Shown here in pieces: positions 62,283 through 64,000 of a stretch of 64,000 bases of DNA. Position 1 is the stretch's first letter. The number at the start of each line of letters is the position of its first letter. Where the stretch lies: assembly GCA_963664305.2 (NCBI GenBank), contig CAXXLV010000002.1, positions 704,001-768,000 on the forward strand, in the 5' to 3' direction. The stretch comes from an uncultured Aliarcobacter sp. Its GTDB lineage: Bacteria; Campylobacterota; Campylobacteria; Campylobacterales; Arcobacteraceae. The position numbers were made by a program, and so were the translations under genes. The notes beneath the pieces were generated by a model. That model made no database searches. It saw only the letters and a program-made list of their open reading frames with translations, and was not told where the DNA came from.

Positions 62283-63854
62283 ATGTCAATAAATTGTATT
62301 AGAACATTAATTGAAGATGCAAATATTTCTCATCCACAAAAAGTTGCATTAGTATATGGAAATGAAAAATTAACTTATGGTGAATTATTTACAAAAGTTA
62401 ATCAAATAGCCCTTTATTTATCAGAATTAGATTTACCAAAAGGTAGTAGAATTGGAATTTATTCAAATAAAGGAATAGACCAAGTAATTGCTATATTAGC
62501 TACATTATCTACTAATTATGTTTTGGTTCCTTTAACAAAGTTTTTAAAACCAGAGCAAGTTGAATATATTATTAGTGATTGTGATATTAAATGTATTATT
62601 ACAGATAGAGTTAAAATAGAGTCAATTGAAGAGATTAAATTTAATGGAAAAATAATCTCTTATGAAACTACAAATAAAGATTTACCTTCATTTGAAGAGA
62701 TTTATAAATATTATAATAAACCTTATAATTGTAATGTAAATGGTCATGATAATGCAATTATTACTTACTCTTTTGGTCTTAGTGGTCAACCAAAAGGAAT
62801 TGTAATTTCTCATAGAAATTTAATTGATAGTGCAAGAGTTGTATCTTCTTATTTACAATTAAAAGAGGATGATGTAATTTCTGGATTATTATATTTTAAT
62901 TTAGACTATGGATTAAATCAAATTTTCTGTTCTTTATATAAAAGAGCAACTTTAGCGTTACATAGATTTGTTTTACCAACAGATTTCTTTAACCATTTAA
63001 TAAATGATAAAGTATCTGTAATCTCTTTAATGCCTATAAATATTACTGAAATGTTTGATGAAGAAGAGTATAAACTTCCAAATCCATCTTTACTTGAAAA
63101 TATAAGAATTATTGCATCTTCAGGTGGTAATGTAACTGCAAAAATGATAAAAGATATTGAAAAATATTTTGTAAAAGCAAAATTCTATTCAATGCATGGA
63201 TTAACAGAAGCATTTAGATCAACTTATTTAGACCCAAGTCAGTTAAAAATAAGACCAGATTCTATTGGAAAAGCTATTCCTGATGTTGAATTATATGTAA
63301 TAGATGAAAATGGAAATGAATGTCCACCAAGAGTTGTTGGTGAATTAATTCATAGAGGTGGATATATCTACAAAGGTTATTGGAATGCACCAAAAGAGAC
63401 TAAAGAAAGATTCAAATCTATTCAAATTCTTAAAAATGTAATTAATCTTGAAGGGCAATTAACAGATGAAATAGTTGTTCAAACAGGAGATTATGTTTAT
63501 AAAGATGAAGAAGGATACTTCTACTTTGTTTCAAGACATGATGACATGATTAAAACAAGAGGATATAGAGTAAATCCTTATGAAATTGAATCTGTTGTTA
63601 AAAGAGAATTACAAGATATCGAAAAATGTGCAGTATTCTCAATAGAAAATGAAGAAATAGAAGAAGAAATTGTTTTAGTTTATAGTGCTAAAAATGAATT
63701 AAGTTCTAGTGAAATTTTATTTGAACTAAAAAAACATTTAGCATCATATATGATTCCATCTAAAATAATTTATAAAAAATCATTACCTCTTGTTCCTTCT
63801 GATAAAAATAAAATCAATAAAGAAGAGCTAAAAAGAGAGCTTATTTCAAAATAA
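62283..63854 (+). CDS. AMP-forming acyl/aminoacyl ligase (ANL family)
   Basis: PKG..ISH.N, FNLDYGLNQ, GLTEAFRS, TGD, R.DDMIKT.GYRV; resembles exosortase-associated acyl-CoA ligases. Confidence 0.85.
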   Translation: MSINCIRTLIEDANISHPQKVALVYGNEKLTYGELFTKVNQIALYLSELDLPKGSRIGIYSNKGIDQVIAILATLSTNYVLVPLTKFLKPEQVEYIISDCDIKCIITDRVKIESIEEIKFNGKIISYETTNKDLPSFEEIYKYYNKPYNCNVNGHDNAIITYSFGLSGQPKGIVISHRNLIDSARVVSSYLQLKEDDVISGLLYFNLDYGLNQIFCSLYKRATLALHRFVLPTDFFNHLINDKVSVISLMPINITEMFDEEEYKLPNPSLLENIRIIASSGGNVTAKMIKDIEKYFVKAKFYSMHGLTEAFRSTYLDPSQLKIRPDSIGKAIPDVELYVIDENGNECPPRVVGELIHRGGYIYKGYWNAPKETKERFKSIQILKNVINLEGQLTDEIVVQTGDYVYKDEEGYFYFVSRHDDMIKTRGYRVNPYEIESVVKRELQDIEKCAVFSIENEEIEEEIVLVYSAKNELSSSEILFELKKHLASYMIPSKIIYKKSLPLVPSDKNKINKEELKRELISK

Positions 63855-63881
63855 AAAGAATAATTTTTAATTATTCTTTTT
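63853..63881 (+). terminator. AT-rich hairpin after the ligase gene
   Basis: aaaaagaataatt-ttt-aattattcttttt. Confidence 0.55.
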
Positions 63882-63967
63882 AAAATCTTTAAAATACTTG
63901 ATTGAAGTCAATAAACTCTAAATAATATTTTTATATAATCCTTTTATCTTATATAAAAGGATTATTC

Positions 63968-64000
63968 ATGAAAAAAATAATTATCGCTACAACTTTATTA
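63968..64000 (+). CDS. Start of an exported protein (truncated by the window edge)
   Basis: AAGGA RBS; MKKIIIATTLL signal-peptide-like start; TATAAT upstream. Confidence 0.65.
   Translation, partial: MKKIIIATTLL

Overview
A very AT-rich bacterial chromosomal segment. Gene content and synteny (lolA/secA/lolC, AsmA-like gene/mltG/monomeric icd/mdh, UPF0323 lipoprotein + glutathionylspermidine synthase) suggest Campylobacterota, probably Arcobacteraceae (inference). From left to right: malic enzyme (partial), pgeF, methyltransferase, aroE and a PhzF-family gene; a minus-strand signalling module (TonB-receptor-like barrel, 7TM-DISM histidine kinase, two paralogous OmpR-type regulators, a LuxI/FeeM-fold acyltransferase, a membrane protein); a diguanylate cyclase; a ~22 kb nitrate/nitrite assimilation cluster with two Mo-enzymes, NirA, NirBD and a DmsB-DmsC-like fusion; a binding protein + PAS kinase pair; a two-partner secretion locus with its own 7TM-DISM two-component system; RNase P RNA; housekeeping genes; and a glutamate mutase S-E-L operon ending in an AMP-forming ligase. 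Best candidates for something new: (1) a possible autoinduction circuit, in which three identically spaced CGTCACA-N5-CGTCACA boxes precede the acyl-synthase, the second regulator and the membrane protein, and a hairpin sequesters the synthase RBS; (2) a 17-bp TGTWT-N7-AWACA box at fixed spacing before five nitrate-cluster promoters; (3) a glutamate mutase operon that looks biosynthetic; (4) a membrane-anchored, possibly quinol-fed cytoplasmic nitrate reductase. No IS element, CRISPR array, tRNA or rRNA was seen. All product calls come from motif recognition by eye; no database was searched.
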